Shown piece after piece: positions 1 to 11,422 of a DNA stretch of 64,000 nt (position 1 is its first letter; every line of letters begins with the position of its first letter). Under the pieces are notes generated by a model that saw only the letters and a program-made list of their open reading frames with translations, had not been told where the DNA came from and did not search any database. The translations under genes and the position numbers were made by a program. This DNA is from Selaginella moellendorffii (taxonomy: Eukaryota; Plantae; Lycopodiophyta). The DNA is taken from contig NW_003314320.1 in assembly GCF_000143415.4 (NCBI RefSeq), positions 62,001 through 126,000 of the forward strand, read 5' to 3'.

Positions 1-1419
1 TTTCCAGCAGGAATCGTTCAAAGCTTGAGTTAGTTGGACGATCATGATGTTGCACGGGGAGAGATGGAAAAATATTGACAATATAGTGTGTTGTGAAGGT
101 GTTGGTGTCTGATGAGGTCATGAATATGTGGTGGCTCTAAATGTGGAGGTTAGATTTCCAATGTAAGAAAATTCAGCCAAAACTGTAGTAGGGAATTCTT
201 CCTACGACAATCTTTGGACAATTGTTGAAAAAATGAGGAACAAAAAAGTAATTCCATATAGTTACCTGTGACACATCTATGGCCAAACAAAAGTAAATAA
301 GGTTTTCAAAATGATGAGATAGTTGGAGAAAGTATCTCCACTATCAGAACAATAGAAACCATTCTAGGCATATTCTAAAATATTTTTTAATCTAACAGCT
401 GGTGACTTCTCCTTTAAATTTTTCTCTAATTCGTTAGTAATAACATTTAATTTTAATATTCTTAGTTATCACTAATATAAGTTATGTTTACCATCTATGA
501 GTGTGAGTGTTAGCAACTTTTAAGGTTTTCGCTTTCTCTCACTCCTTCAATAGATTAACAATTATACATGGACTTTTTGGCCTCTACTTTCTAGTTCCTT
601 GCTTGAGATCTAACACAATCCTTGAAGAGCACCTCCCACACAAATAACTCTTGGATAAAAATCAAAGCAATCTTAGTAAAAGTCATGTAATATTCTTGGC
701 CACCAAAGCCTAGCTTAAAGCTTTTTCCACAAAAGTACTTGCATTTTAATGGAATGATTATTTTAATTTTCAACATTATAATATATGTCATAAATTGCCA
801 TGCACTCTATGATATATTTTAATTTCTGAAAAGTTTTCTTTATGTCAAGAGTGCTTTAACATTTTTTATACAAGCCAACATAGTTCATCTGGAGAGCTGG
901 GATCTTACTGGATTAGTTGATTAAAGAATACCACTTTTAAGGATTATATTATAGGGATTTCTTTATATTTAAAATTTATCTAATTTATCAATTAAAATAT
1001 AAGCTTAATCATTCATATTAGAAAATGTATATATATATAGGAAAATAAAATATATTATTATTGATTACTAACAAATATTATAAACTGAATCTTTATATAA
1101 AGCACACCTATAGAAAAAATTATTACTATTACAGAATAATTATTTAATTTTTACTATTTTAATGAAAATCAGTCTTTAACTTAAAAAAGAAAACTCATGA
1201 AAAATATGCGTTGAAGCAATATAATTTGAATATAAGTTTAGTCTCATGTTCTCATTCACTGAAATCATACCTCGTCACCTATATCTTCTCACTAAGATCT
1301 TGTGCAATATATACAGAATAAGCGATGTAATTCCATTTGATTTAGACAAATGACTTTAAAATAATGCTAATGACAAAGCCGGCCGGAAATTAATGAGAAC
1401 TGTTTTAAAACTAGTTTTG

Positions 1420-1930
1420 CCGAGCCAGCCGTGGTGCCGAGATCTACGCCCCAGCACGCCCATTTCCTGGAGGGACTCAAAGATTTCCAGCAGGCAGGTG
1501 TTGCAGGACGCCAGCGTGGACGCCAGCGCCTTCCATCCGGAGAGGAATGGCTTCGTGGCGAGCGCGATCAGAGCTTACAGCTTCCACCACAATCTGGTGA
1601 TCAGGCCAGACGATGTGTGGCGCGCCATCGCTGTCCAGTTTGGATTCTTCGTCAATGGCAATGCCGAGGCGCTGCGATCCATCTTTGTGGATCACGAGGG
1701 CAAGAAGGTGCTGGTTGTGACCCAGGCAGCCACGCTCCACAGCGCCGACTATGGTCGCCTATGACTGGAGCTCAAGAAGAATGCCAAGGACGAGAAAGTT
1801 TGTGACTGGATCTTGCGGAGCTTCTCGACATGGATTGTGTTCTTTCTTTTGCTTTTGCTATGATAAGAACTTCCAGGTTCAAACTTGAATGCGGGATTCC
1901 ATACGTGACTCTTCTGGGAACCATAACATT
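1420..1930 (+). pseudogene. DUF4419-family pseudogene (frameshifted)
   Basis: RNGFVASAIRAYSFHHNLVIRPDDVWRAIAVQFGFFVNGNAEALRSIFVDHEGKK continues in other frames as ELKKNAKDEKVCDWILRSFST and ECGIPYVTLLGT. These are successive DUF4419 blocks as I recall them. Stop at 1762-1764 plus frameshifts. Confidence 0.7.
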
Positions 1931-2790
1931 TACCAGTCTTTCATGTTTGCGGGACACATCTGAACCGAAGTTGTGGAGGATGACAACTAAGGGATTTCTC
2001 CAAAGAGCAATCCATGACTCTGAAGGACAAGGCCAAGGCAAAGCCCAGCGATGTCTTCTTTTAGCTCGTGGAAACCTAGCTTTTAGCTCATCTCTTTTTC
2101 TTCTTTCCTGTGACACGTTCCTTGAGTCAGGCCCGACGACATCGCGAGTTTCAACGGTGTGGTGTGAATTTCCTATGGAAAAATATCGACGAAACAGTGT
2201 TTGTGTGTTGGTGTGTCGTTGTAAATGGGACTTTTTTGTGGCCATATCGAGGTTAGATCTTCCATGGAGAAAAATTCAGACAAAGCTGTAGCATGGAATC
2301 CTTCCTTTTTCTTAGAATCAAAGACAAACTGACGATATTTCCGCATGAGCACGATGTTGAAGTCTTCTTTGTGTTGTGACAAGGTGCCAACTTTGTTGGC
2401 TTTTTCTTTGAACTGTGCTTAGTGCAGCCTTATATCATCTAAGGAAACGCCCCAAGCAACAGGGTACCGCTTTGTCAACTGTAAATATGCTTTTAGGACG
2501 CGTCTGGAAGCTGAAGCAGTCCGGGCCAACGTCAGGCCAATTCGTGTTGATTGTTTCTCGCAATTGACCCGATCTCCTCCTTTTTCTCTCAGGGGTGCTT
2601 TAAAAGCTAACACCAAGCACACAAAGGGCAGAAAAGAGACACCATCTCCTGGGAGCGACAAATTGAGGGCTTTGGAGCTGGGCTTGGATAGATTGGAAAA
2701 AAAGGAAAGGTGGTGGAGGCAAGAAATCCAAGGGAGTATTTCTGTTTGGGATTTTGATCAGGTAGAGAGGATGGGCAGCCGCCATTTTGC

Positions 2791-3765
2791 ATGGCGCTGC
2801 TGGTTGCTGCTTTTGTGCTGTTGANNNNNNNNNNNNNNNNNNNNNNNNNNNNNNNNNNNNNNNNNNNNNNNNNNNNNNNNNNNNNNNNNNNNNNNNNNNN
2901 NNNNNNNNNNNNNNNNNNNNNNNNACCACATTACTACTACAAATCCCCACCACCACCATACTACAAGTATGAATCGCCTCCTTACAAGTATGAATCTCCG
3001 CCACCGCCACACTACTACTATAAATCCCCACCACCACCACATTACTACTACAAATCCCCGCCACCACCATACTACAAGTATGAATCGCCTCCTTACAAGT
3101 ATGAATCACCGCCACCGCCACCATACAAGTATGAATCCCCACCACCGCCACCATACAAGTATGAGTCGCCACCGCCGCCACCATACAAGTATGAGTCACC
3201 GCCACCACCACCATACAAGTACGAATCACCACCTCCACCTCCATACAAGTACGAGTCCCCGCCTCCACCTCCATACAAGTATGAGTCGCCCCCACCGCCT
3301 CCTTACAAGTATGAATCTCCACCGCCGCCACCATACAAGTACAAATCGCCACCTCCACCTCCATACAAGTATGAGTCACCCCCACCACCTCCTTACAAGT
3401 ATGAATCCCCACCTCCGCCACCATACAAGTATGAGTCCCCACCTCCGCCACCATACAAGTATGAATCGCCACCTCCCCCTCCATACAAGTATGAGTCGCC
3501 CCCACCGCCTCCTTACAAGTATGAATCCCCACCTCCGCCACCATACAAGTATGAATCGCCACCACCGCCTCCATATTACTATAAATCTCCACCGCCTCCT
3601 TATTACAAGTATGAGTCTCCACCACCACCATACTACAAGTACGAGTCTCCACCTCCACCTTACTATTACTACAAATCCCCACCGCCTCCATACTACAAAT
3701 ATGAATCCCCTCCACCACCTTACTACAAGTATGTATCGCCACCTCCACCAGCTTACAAGAAGTAA
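2791..3765 (+). CDS. Extensin (cell-wall HRGP) with SPPPPP-YKYE repeats; 5' part interrupted by an assembly gap
   Basis: Hydrophobic N-terminus MALLVAAFVLL, then ~28 SP4-5/YxY repeats; stop at 3763-3765. Continuity across the N gap is assumed. Confidence 0.9.
   Translation: MALLVAAFVLLXXXXXXXXXXXXXXXXXXXXXXXXXXXXXXXXXXPHYYYKSPPPPYYKYESPPYKYESPPPPHYYYKSPPPPHYYYKSPPPPYYKYESPPYKYESPPPPPYKYESPPPPPYKYESPPPPPYKYESPPPPPYKYESPPPPPYKYESPPPPPYKYESPPPPPYKYESPPPPPYKYKSPPPPPYKYESPPPPPYKYESPPPPPYKYESPPPPPYKYESPPPPPYKYESPPPPPYKYESPPPPPYKYESPPPPPYYYKSPPPPYYKYESPPPPYYKYESPPPPYYYYKSPPPPYYKYESPPPPYYKYVSPPPPAYKK
2825..2924. other. Assembly gap (100 N)
   Basis: Run of n characters inside the repetitive extensin gene. 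Confidence 1.
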
Positions 3766-3989
3766 AAAAGTTTCATGTTGTGTTCCCTGGATTCAACATA
3801 ATAAGATGTGTTGTGAAAGAAAGCAGAACGATTTTTTCATATAAATAAAGACCGGAAAATGCTTCGTTATATATTCCCGAGTCATGAGCTTGCTGATTGC
3901 TGCTATAGTATATCTTCAGAGGCATGAATCCCCTCTACTTGGAAACCTTATATATGATAGAGATGTCCAAGATGAAAAGCCTCTATGTT

Positions 3990-6900
3990 CTAAAAGTCCC
4001 AGCGCTGCTCTTGCAGTTCGGCTTCCGACAGATCCTTCTGTGCTTTTTTCCGTCGATAGAAGATTGGGCAGTCGCGACTGCAGACACAATGCCTTTGTTA
4101 GTTGAGGCATAAACACTACTACAGTGCTCAACCTTGTGCACAAAACGTCTTGATGTAAAGATCCTTGGCACCGCTGGCATTGAGTCCACAGCCTTCCAAA
4201 TAGCTGCTCCAAATCCCTCACTGCGTGACAGCAGTAGCGTTAGTGCTGACGGTATATCAGAACCTACCATTTGCAACAGTTCTCTGGTATAGCTCCGCTT
4301 CACGGCCGCTGCAGTGTTTACACAATGGTGTGTCGCCGCCACTATCGTCAAAAGGACGAGTGACAAATCAGCTACAGTTAAATAGTAGGAGCTTGTACCT
4401 GATTATAGCTTTGCAGCCCAGACAGGTTAGTTGCTTTTTCGCGAACTTCATAATGCCACTGTTGGAGGGCGTTGTGATATACACGGAGCGAGTGTGGCTC
4501 CCGTGGAGAAGCTCCTTGCTCGCATTCTTGAGAATTGGTTCGAATATCCGGAGCAGTGGCTGCGACTCATAATCTTAGCGCACAAACACATCTCAGTCTT
4601 TTGTGGTACCTTACTCAGCTGATTTTCCAGATAGTACTGAGGATCGATGGGAATGTTATTTTCCAAGACATAGATTGGATCCTCAGACCGCTCATATGCC
4701 TGCGAAAGGAGATAATTTAAAGAGACAGCAGATCAATGAACAAAAACATACAACCTTAGCTCCCTTTGCGGCTTTAATTATGACGTAAGGAACACGATCG
4801 CCTACATTTGGAGCAGTGGCTGCATCACGCTGTTGAGTTTGAGACAAGTCAGAGGTCGATCTCATGTACTAATTTAGAGGCACATACCTTACGCATACGC
4901 TCAGCAAGCTCAACATGAGCAGCCTTGACGGCATAATCATCGCCAGTTTTTGTGAGGCCCTGAAACAAGCCGTGAGGTACAGATACAAGTACTATTCACA
5001 TGATACCTTTGTGATAACAAGAAGTGATAGATCCATACGATTCATCAGCAAGTCCGAAATCATGCCCTTAACAAAGTCCACAGCTCCAGGCACATCTCGA
5101 TCAACAAGAATCTTGTGGAGGCTTTGAGTCACCACATTTTTTACTAGTAAACAATTATCTCGCCGAACCGTTTCAATTCCTAAAATGTACAACAAGAAAA
5201 ACACACATTAAGTAGATACTGTAGCACAATGTCATAATACCTTTCGTGTCCATTTTGTCGTATTTTGCGGGCTTCGTCCAAAGTAGGCCTGCATACCTCT
5301 TTTTGCTAATCAGCAAATAGGGGAAGTACACTTTCTCAAATTCCAACTTGATAGGCTGCAAATACCCGAAAAAAACATCAGTGGAGAAAACATACAATGA
5401 AGGCAAAACCTTGGTAAATGTCTCGCTGATATAATCAGCCGCCTCCCTTCCAAGATTCATGGCGTCCTCAACGGTAGAGACACCAAATTGAACCATTACT
5501 GAATCCGTATCCCCGTAGATCACCTGAAAACAGTAAGAGAAGATCAAATCCTGAGAATTCTACAAAGCCGAGCATGTACTTCTGCATTGTTGTCATATTT
5601 GTTGCTTGTGTTGAAACGTCCTTCCACGAGGGTTTTGGTGTGTTCAATCATCTGCCTTCCTGCAACTCTCGTTCTATTAAAACCAACAAAACAAAACGGA
5701 TGAGATTGTACCATAGCTAGTTACGCTGGATGAAATTTCAAGGCAAGGAAGCTGGCCAACTGTTGCGCCTGTGAATCCATAGACTGAGTTCGCACTAACC
5801 TGGCACAATATTGTTAAGAGACCATAATCCGGGAGATAACTTCAAAACTAACCTTGAGAGCTAGCTGCCGACCGTCCAACACGGCTTTTTCAAGTGAATC
5901 GGTAGCTTCCTGCAATGATTTGATAAGTTAAGCTTAACGTTCTTCTTAAAATCACCTTCAGGTCGGCTCTGGCTCGCTTTCTGGCAGCAAGCAGTTCCTC
6001 TAAGATTTCAGGAAGGATCCCCTGAAAATTAATGTCAAAATCATCATATATAAGCACATAGAGCTATTACTTTCTCCATATTTGTTTTGACAAACATTTC
6101 ACCAGACGGCGTTTTGTTAACATTTTCTGGTGCTATGTTCAATCTGGCTTGATCCTCCGTTCTAACCTGAATAAAACAAGTAATTCCACAATCAAATACA
6201 CAATATGGAGTACAGTACCAAGGTGCAATAGCAAAGATTGTAAGCCATCATAATTGATGGGTACAGTGATGCAAAATCAAGCGTGGCAATTGGCTTTTCG
6301 TAAAATCCAGCCCTTGCTTCTAGAACCTGTAACGCAGCAGCGTTTATAAAAATCGATTCAAAAGCCCGAACTACTTACGGTTGCACCTTCAAAGGTTTCC
6401 TGCCCAGCCCCTTGTCCCTTAATGTTTGGCACGACAAAGTTTCGTTGTCTGCATTTTCTTAGAATTTGTGAAAGCACCTGGGTAGTGTTTGTTATAAATG
6501 AGCAAAAATAACAATAAAATCCACTGTACCTTGATACTTTGTCCCCTCGAAAGAAGAAACGAAATGGGAACTCCTGTTACTCTTGCCATTTCGATATAGT
6601 TATATATAAACATCAGCTTTTCGAGTAATCTCTGAGGCAGATACGCATCCTGACAGAGAAAACATGGAAAATATAAACATAGAACCAAAGTGCGGCTCAC
6701 TTTTAAGCAGTAAACAGCCAAACGCCTCCGAGTTTCCGAGTTACCATTTTGCAAATCAGCAATGATGGAATGGTGGACGTCCTCTTTCTGTAAGGCAAAG
6801 GTGAGACTTATTTAAAATAATAAAAGCTCTGAACCTGCTCTCCAAGGAAATGAGCAGACACCGAGTTTAAGGAGTATGAGCTGAGCTTATAATCTCTTTG

Positions 6901-8792
6901 CATTGCCTGCAGGGAAACTTCACATTAGTGCCAGACAAAAATAAATGCAAAAAACCTGTAGCAAATCGAATTGTACGCGTCCTTCTATCAAAACTTCCTT
7001 GCTTTCCCTTATACCATATTGCCTAAACGAATGGAGAAAATATTAGTGACAACCACCAGGCGCATTTACAACCTTGAAGAAAATGTCGCATCTCTAACAC
7101 GGACTCGGCTGTTGCGAATACGTCCAAGAACAGGAAACTCCACAATTCCAAGCTTTTGTGCCCTCTGCCCAGGCAAGATGAAAGCGTGAGCAGAAATCGC
7201 AGAATTTAACATACCTCGATCAGGTAAGGCATATCGAACTTGCAAATGTTATAGCCGATAATAATGTCAGGGTCAACTTCTCGGATAAGGTCCTGCACAA
7301 TCACAATCACATTATACTATATTGTAACTATTAAGAAATACTTACCCGCCATGCCAAGAGGACCTCTTTCTCAGTATCGAAGGACATAACGTCCACTCCA
7401 ACTATCGCAGAACAAGATTTGAGCGTCATCACATTTCGAACCATAGGACGACTTTCCCCTTGAACTGTCACAAGATTCGCAATCTACATAATGGCGCCAC
7501 TTATTGAATCGAAAAACAAATAAAAGATACGCACCTGAATAACGGGATCATGTTCGGGCTCTGGAAAATGTCCTTTCCGCCCAGCACATTCGATGTCAAA
7601 GCTCAATATACGAAAAGGTGCAAGCTTGGAGTACTGGCCAGTAGCACTATGACTGACAATCTTGTTGTATCTGGATCAGAAAGCACAAATAAAAGTGTTG
7701 AACATTTCACAATATTTCACATTTGAAATGACAAACTTACAGTATATCGATCTCAATTTGGCAGGTTGAAAGTCGGCGTGGAGTCAAACGATAAGATCCA
7801 CCAGGAAGCTCAATCCAGTTTCCACCACCTACGTTGCAATCAATCATGAATCGAAGAGCAAAGAGAATATTGCTCTCGTATGTGATGAAGCATTTATGAC
7901 CAAAGCCTTCCAAAGTGATGCCTTTTTCAAGAATTCCTGCTCGGAAAAGCGTACTTAGTTTCAGTACTCTACTAAAAAGTCGTACCTCTACAGGAAGCAA
8001 CCATTGTTGGAAGTGCAACAACAATCTTGAGGAACGCCCTTGCTTTCTGTGTTTGGAAGTACATCAAGCTTCGCTTCTGGACCATCTCTACTCTTGGAAC
8101 AAAAGTGGGAGTCTTGCTATTCCTGTTTGCTTCGCGCATTCTTGTCTGTAAAACACATATAGTTCCGCAATGATATTGCATTGATACTTACCTCGAGAGT
8201 ATGGCGGAACTTAGACGTGTCATCAGGATTCCATCCGTCAGGACAGCTGATATAAAAGTAAGGCTCAAACCCGTGTATATGACAGCAAACACTGTTTCCT
8301 GGATGACCGATGATCAATCAAAACCCTTTGTAAAAGTTTGAAAAAGAAAAGACAGACCTTGCTGCGTGACACCAAACATCCTCAAAATTGCAGCAGGGCC
8401 AGTTCTTCCTGGCATCCACTCTCTATCGCTTTCGCCGATCACATAGTCAATCTCGAGTTGCTGAAACACTGACAACGAGATTAAGGTAAGCTCGAAGAAG
8501 ACGCAAAAACGAGCAAGTGCTATGTACCAACGGGATGCTCTTTTGGATCAAACGCCTCGACGTGGTTGCGCTTCCATTTGGCCAAGCTCGCTGTTATGCC
8601 AGTGGCCTGGAGCTCCACGTCCCTGAGAAGCGTCTCCTCCAAGAACACATCTTCATCGAAGTCCTCCTCGTCGACAGGAGGAGGAGGCGGCGGCTCTGGC
8701 ATTCGCGTCGCCGCCGGTGCCTGAGAGCTCCCCTGGCGCTTTGGAGGTGGAGCGGAGCTCTGCGATGGCGCTGCCCGTCTCCTGGACGCCAT
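3990..8792 (-). CDS. POLD1: DNA polymerase delta catalytic subunit (multi-exon)
   Basis: Family-B motifs [19 protein letters not shown] and KKRYAGL; exonuclease motifs SFDIEC and GYNICKFD; C-terminal [27 protein letters not shown] cysteine cluster. Start MASRRRAAP at 8792, stop at 3990-3992, many short introns. Confidence 0.97.
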
Positions 8793-9211
8793 AGAACCCT
8801 AAAAACTCTATTTTCCCGCCAATGGAGAAGTCTCTCCAGAATCGAAAGATCACTGAATCGTGTTGAGGCCGAGATCGGTCCATTTGTCCTGCGCCGCGAG
8901 CTGCTGCTCTTGATCTGATCCAAGAACACAGTGAGCGATCGATCGATCCCAGAGAGGAGAGAAATCATACTCGATTCTTCCATGTCATCGGTCGGGGGAA
9001 CGACGCCGGGAGGAAATGGAATATCTGTGGCAAGGAAATATCGATCAATCGATTAGCACAAGATCGATCTTACCGTCGTCAGGGAGCGTATCGCGCAACC
9101 AGTCATCGTCCACAATGTCCAGTAGCATCCCCAGGCCGAAATTTTCCGCCATCGCCGTCGTCCTCAAGCCCTACCTAGCTAGAAAGAGGAGAATGCGAAG
9201 AACCCTAATCC

Positions 9212-9513
9212 ATGGCGTCTAAAGTCGCCACTGCCGCGGCAGCCACGGCTAGGAGGCCGCCAAGCATCGTAAGGGAGATCTTCTACGGCCTCGCTCTCGG
9301 CCTCTCAGGTATCCCAGTTCGATCGCGCCAATGCTTTCTCACGAAAATTCCTCTCGATCAGTGGCTTCTTGCTGGAAAATGTACCACATCAGCTACAAGC
9401 GGCGCGTCCGGGAATTCTACGAGGCTCTGGAGCGCGGCGAGATCACCACGGTCATCAAGAAGGTCGAGGAGGTGCCGATCGAGAAGGTCATGGAGCTCCT
9501 GGAAGAGAATTGA
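9212..9513 (+). CDS. COX5C: Cytochrome c oxidase subunit 5C (2 exons, intron ~9309-9361)
   Basis: PSIVREIFYGLALGLS/VASCWKMYHISYKRRVREFYEALERGEI matches the plant COX5C pattern PSVVKE..GL..G..WKMHHW...EFY..LE.G.I. Confidence 0.85.
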
Positions 9514-9544
9514 GAGCTAGAGAAGTGTAAATTTCCCAAGAACC

Positions 9545-11422
9545 CTAAAAAGAAAAAGAGAATTTGTTTGCCAGGAGAATGTAGGGCGCCGCCGCTCGAT
9601 CGAGCTCCACGGCGCGGCTGGCAGCGCGAGTGGCACGCCGCGCGTCGCTAATCCTTCGACACGATCCCAGCAGGCAGATCCAATCATCGACGCGCGCGGG
9701 ATAGGGCATCGTCTCCACCAGATCGATCGCATCCTCCAGGTATCCGGCGCGGCCCAGCAGATCGATCATACATCCGTAATCCCTCCTCCCGCCTTCCAGG
9801 TGGAAATCGATCGCCATGGAGTGGAAGCTCGAACGCCCGGCGGCGACGTCGCCGCCATGGCTACACCCAAAGAGCATACACGTAAAGGCAGTGTTATCCG
9901 GGAGGATTCCATGGATCAGCATTTGACGCGAGAGATCGAGCACTCCTTCTGGGTCGCTGTTTTGGGCGTGCATTTCCAGCATCACGGTCCAGGCTACGAG
10001 ATCCAGCTCGGGCATCGCATCGAACAGCCTCTTTGCTCGATGCATTTGCCCGGAAGTGGCATTTGCAGCGAGCATTGAGGTCCAAGCCACGGTATCTTTC
10101 TCTGGCATTTTTTCGAACAGATCTTGGGCATCCCGGAGCTGGGAATTCAGCGCGTACGCGGACAAAACCATCGTCCACGAAGCTAAGCTATGCTCGGCAG
10201 CGCTTTCGTCGAGGAACTTTCGAGCTTGTTCGTCATAGCCGGCTTGGGCATACACGAAAAGCAGGAGGTTTGTGGAAATCAGGCTCTTGAGTGGCATTTT
10301 GTCAAACAAAACTTTGGCTTCTTCAACGTTGCCTGATGCAGCATAGGCGTACAGCATGATCGTCCACGAGATGGAATCCCAAGCCGGCATTTCTTCGTGA
10401 AACGCTTGCTTGGCCTCTGGCAGCCTCCCGTTTTGAGCAAACGCAGAGAGCAGCGAGTTCCATGACACTTGATCGCAAACGGGCATTTGGGAGAAGACTT
10501 CGCTTGCTTCGTCGACGAGGCCGTGTTTTGCAAAGGCAGACATGAGAATGTTCCAGGAGATGAGATCTCTCGTTCCCGGCTCGCTCATCTCGTTGTCAAA
10601 CCAGTTCTTCGCGGCTTTGAGATCAATGCCTGCAAAGGCCAGCAGCATCGCATTCCACGACACAAGGTTCCAACAGGGCATTTTATAGAAAAGTTCCTTG
10701 CACTGATGTAAAGGGTTGCTGCCATACTTGGCATAAGCACTGAGCAACGCGTTCCATGAAACGAGATCGTGAATCGCCATATCGTCAAAGATAGTGTTCA
10801 CTTTCGCAAAATGCCCGTGTTGGGCATTTGCTTCAAGCATCACGGTCGTCGATACCGCATCTCTCTCGGGCATCGCGAGGTATATCCTCTCAGCTTCCTC
10901 TAAAAGCAATGCCTGGCTAAGAACACTTAAAACTATCGTCCACGAGATCAAGTTTTGCAAAGGCATGTTGTGAAATAGGGTTTTGGTCTCGGTGACGTGC
11001 CCTTCCTTGGCATATGCCGCAAGCATCGCGTTCCACGAGACGAGATTCCTCAGGGGCATCTTGTCAAACAGATTCCGAGCATCTTGCAACATTCCCCGGC
11101 TGCTGTAAGTGCTAACTATCGAGGTCCACGAAACAAAGTCCGGGCGTGGGTTGGCATCAAACACGGCCTTGGCATATTCGAGATGCCCGTTTCGCGAATA
11201 TGCCACGAGCATAACGTTCCAGGAGAAGCTGTCGCGGGAGTGCATCGTGTCGAAGACACGGCGGGCTTGCTCCACGCTGCCGAGGCGGCCATAGATTTGG
11301 ATCAAAACGTTGGAGAGAATGGTGGAGCAAGGATCCGGAATGGACGAGCTGTGAACGCCTTGGAGCTGGGATAGAGTGGTGCAAGACTTGACGAGCGCGA
11401 TGCATTGCTGTTCTTGTAACAT
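9545..11422 (-). CDS. PLS-class PPR protein with tandem 31-aa S/SS motifs and E domain, no DYW
   Basis: Intronless 625-aa ORF with repeated LFDKMP.RDLVSWNA.L.AYA units, then YGCMIDLLGRAG and WICLLGSC. Confidence 0.93.
   Translation of the reverse strand: MLQEQQCIALVKSCTTLSQLQGVHSSSIPDPCSTILSNVLIQIYGRLGSVEQARRVFDTMHSRDSFSWNVMLVAYSRNGHLEYAKAVFDANPRPDFVSWTSIVSTYSSRGMLQDARNLFDKMPLRNLVSWNAMLAAYAKEGHVTETKTLFHNMPLQNLISWTIVLSVLSQALLLEEAERIYLAMPERDAVSTTVMLEANAQHGHFAKVNTIFDDMAIHDLVSWNALLSAYAKYGSNPLHQCKELFYKMPCWNLVSWNAMLLAFAGIDLKAAKNWFDNEMSEPGTRDLISWNILMSAFAKHGLVDEASEVFSQMPVCDQVSWNSLLSAFAQNGRLPEAKQAFHEEMPAWDSISWTIMLYAYAASGNVEEAKVLFDKMPLKSLISTNLLLFVYAQAGYDEQARKFLDESAAEHSLASWTMVLSAYALNSQLRDAQDLFEKMPEKDTVAWTSMLAANATSGQMHRAKRLFDAMPELDLVAWTVMLEMHAQNSDPEGVLDLSRQMLIHGILPDNTAFTCMLFGCSHGGDVAAGRSSFHSMAIDFHLEGGRRDYGCMIDLLGRAGYLEDAIDLVETMPYPARVDDWICLLGSCRRISDARRATRAASRAVELDRAAAPYILLANKFSFSF

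Noticed and set aside
1-1390. Possible transposon remnant in the AT-rich start of the window
   Set aside because: No recognisable protein motif or terminal repeat.
2600-3844. Long ORFs 2600..3748 (-) and 2969..3844 (+)
   Set aside because: Shadow frames of the 30-nt extensin repeat.
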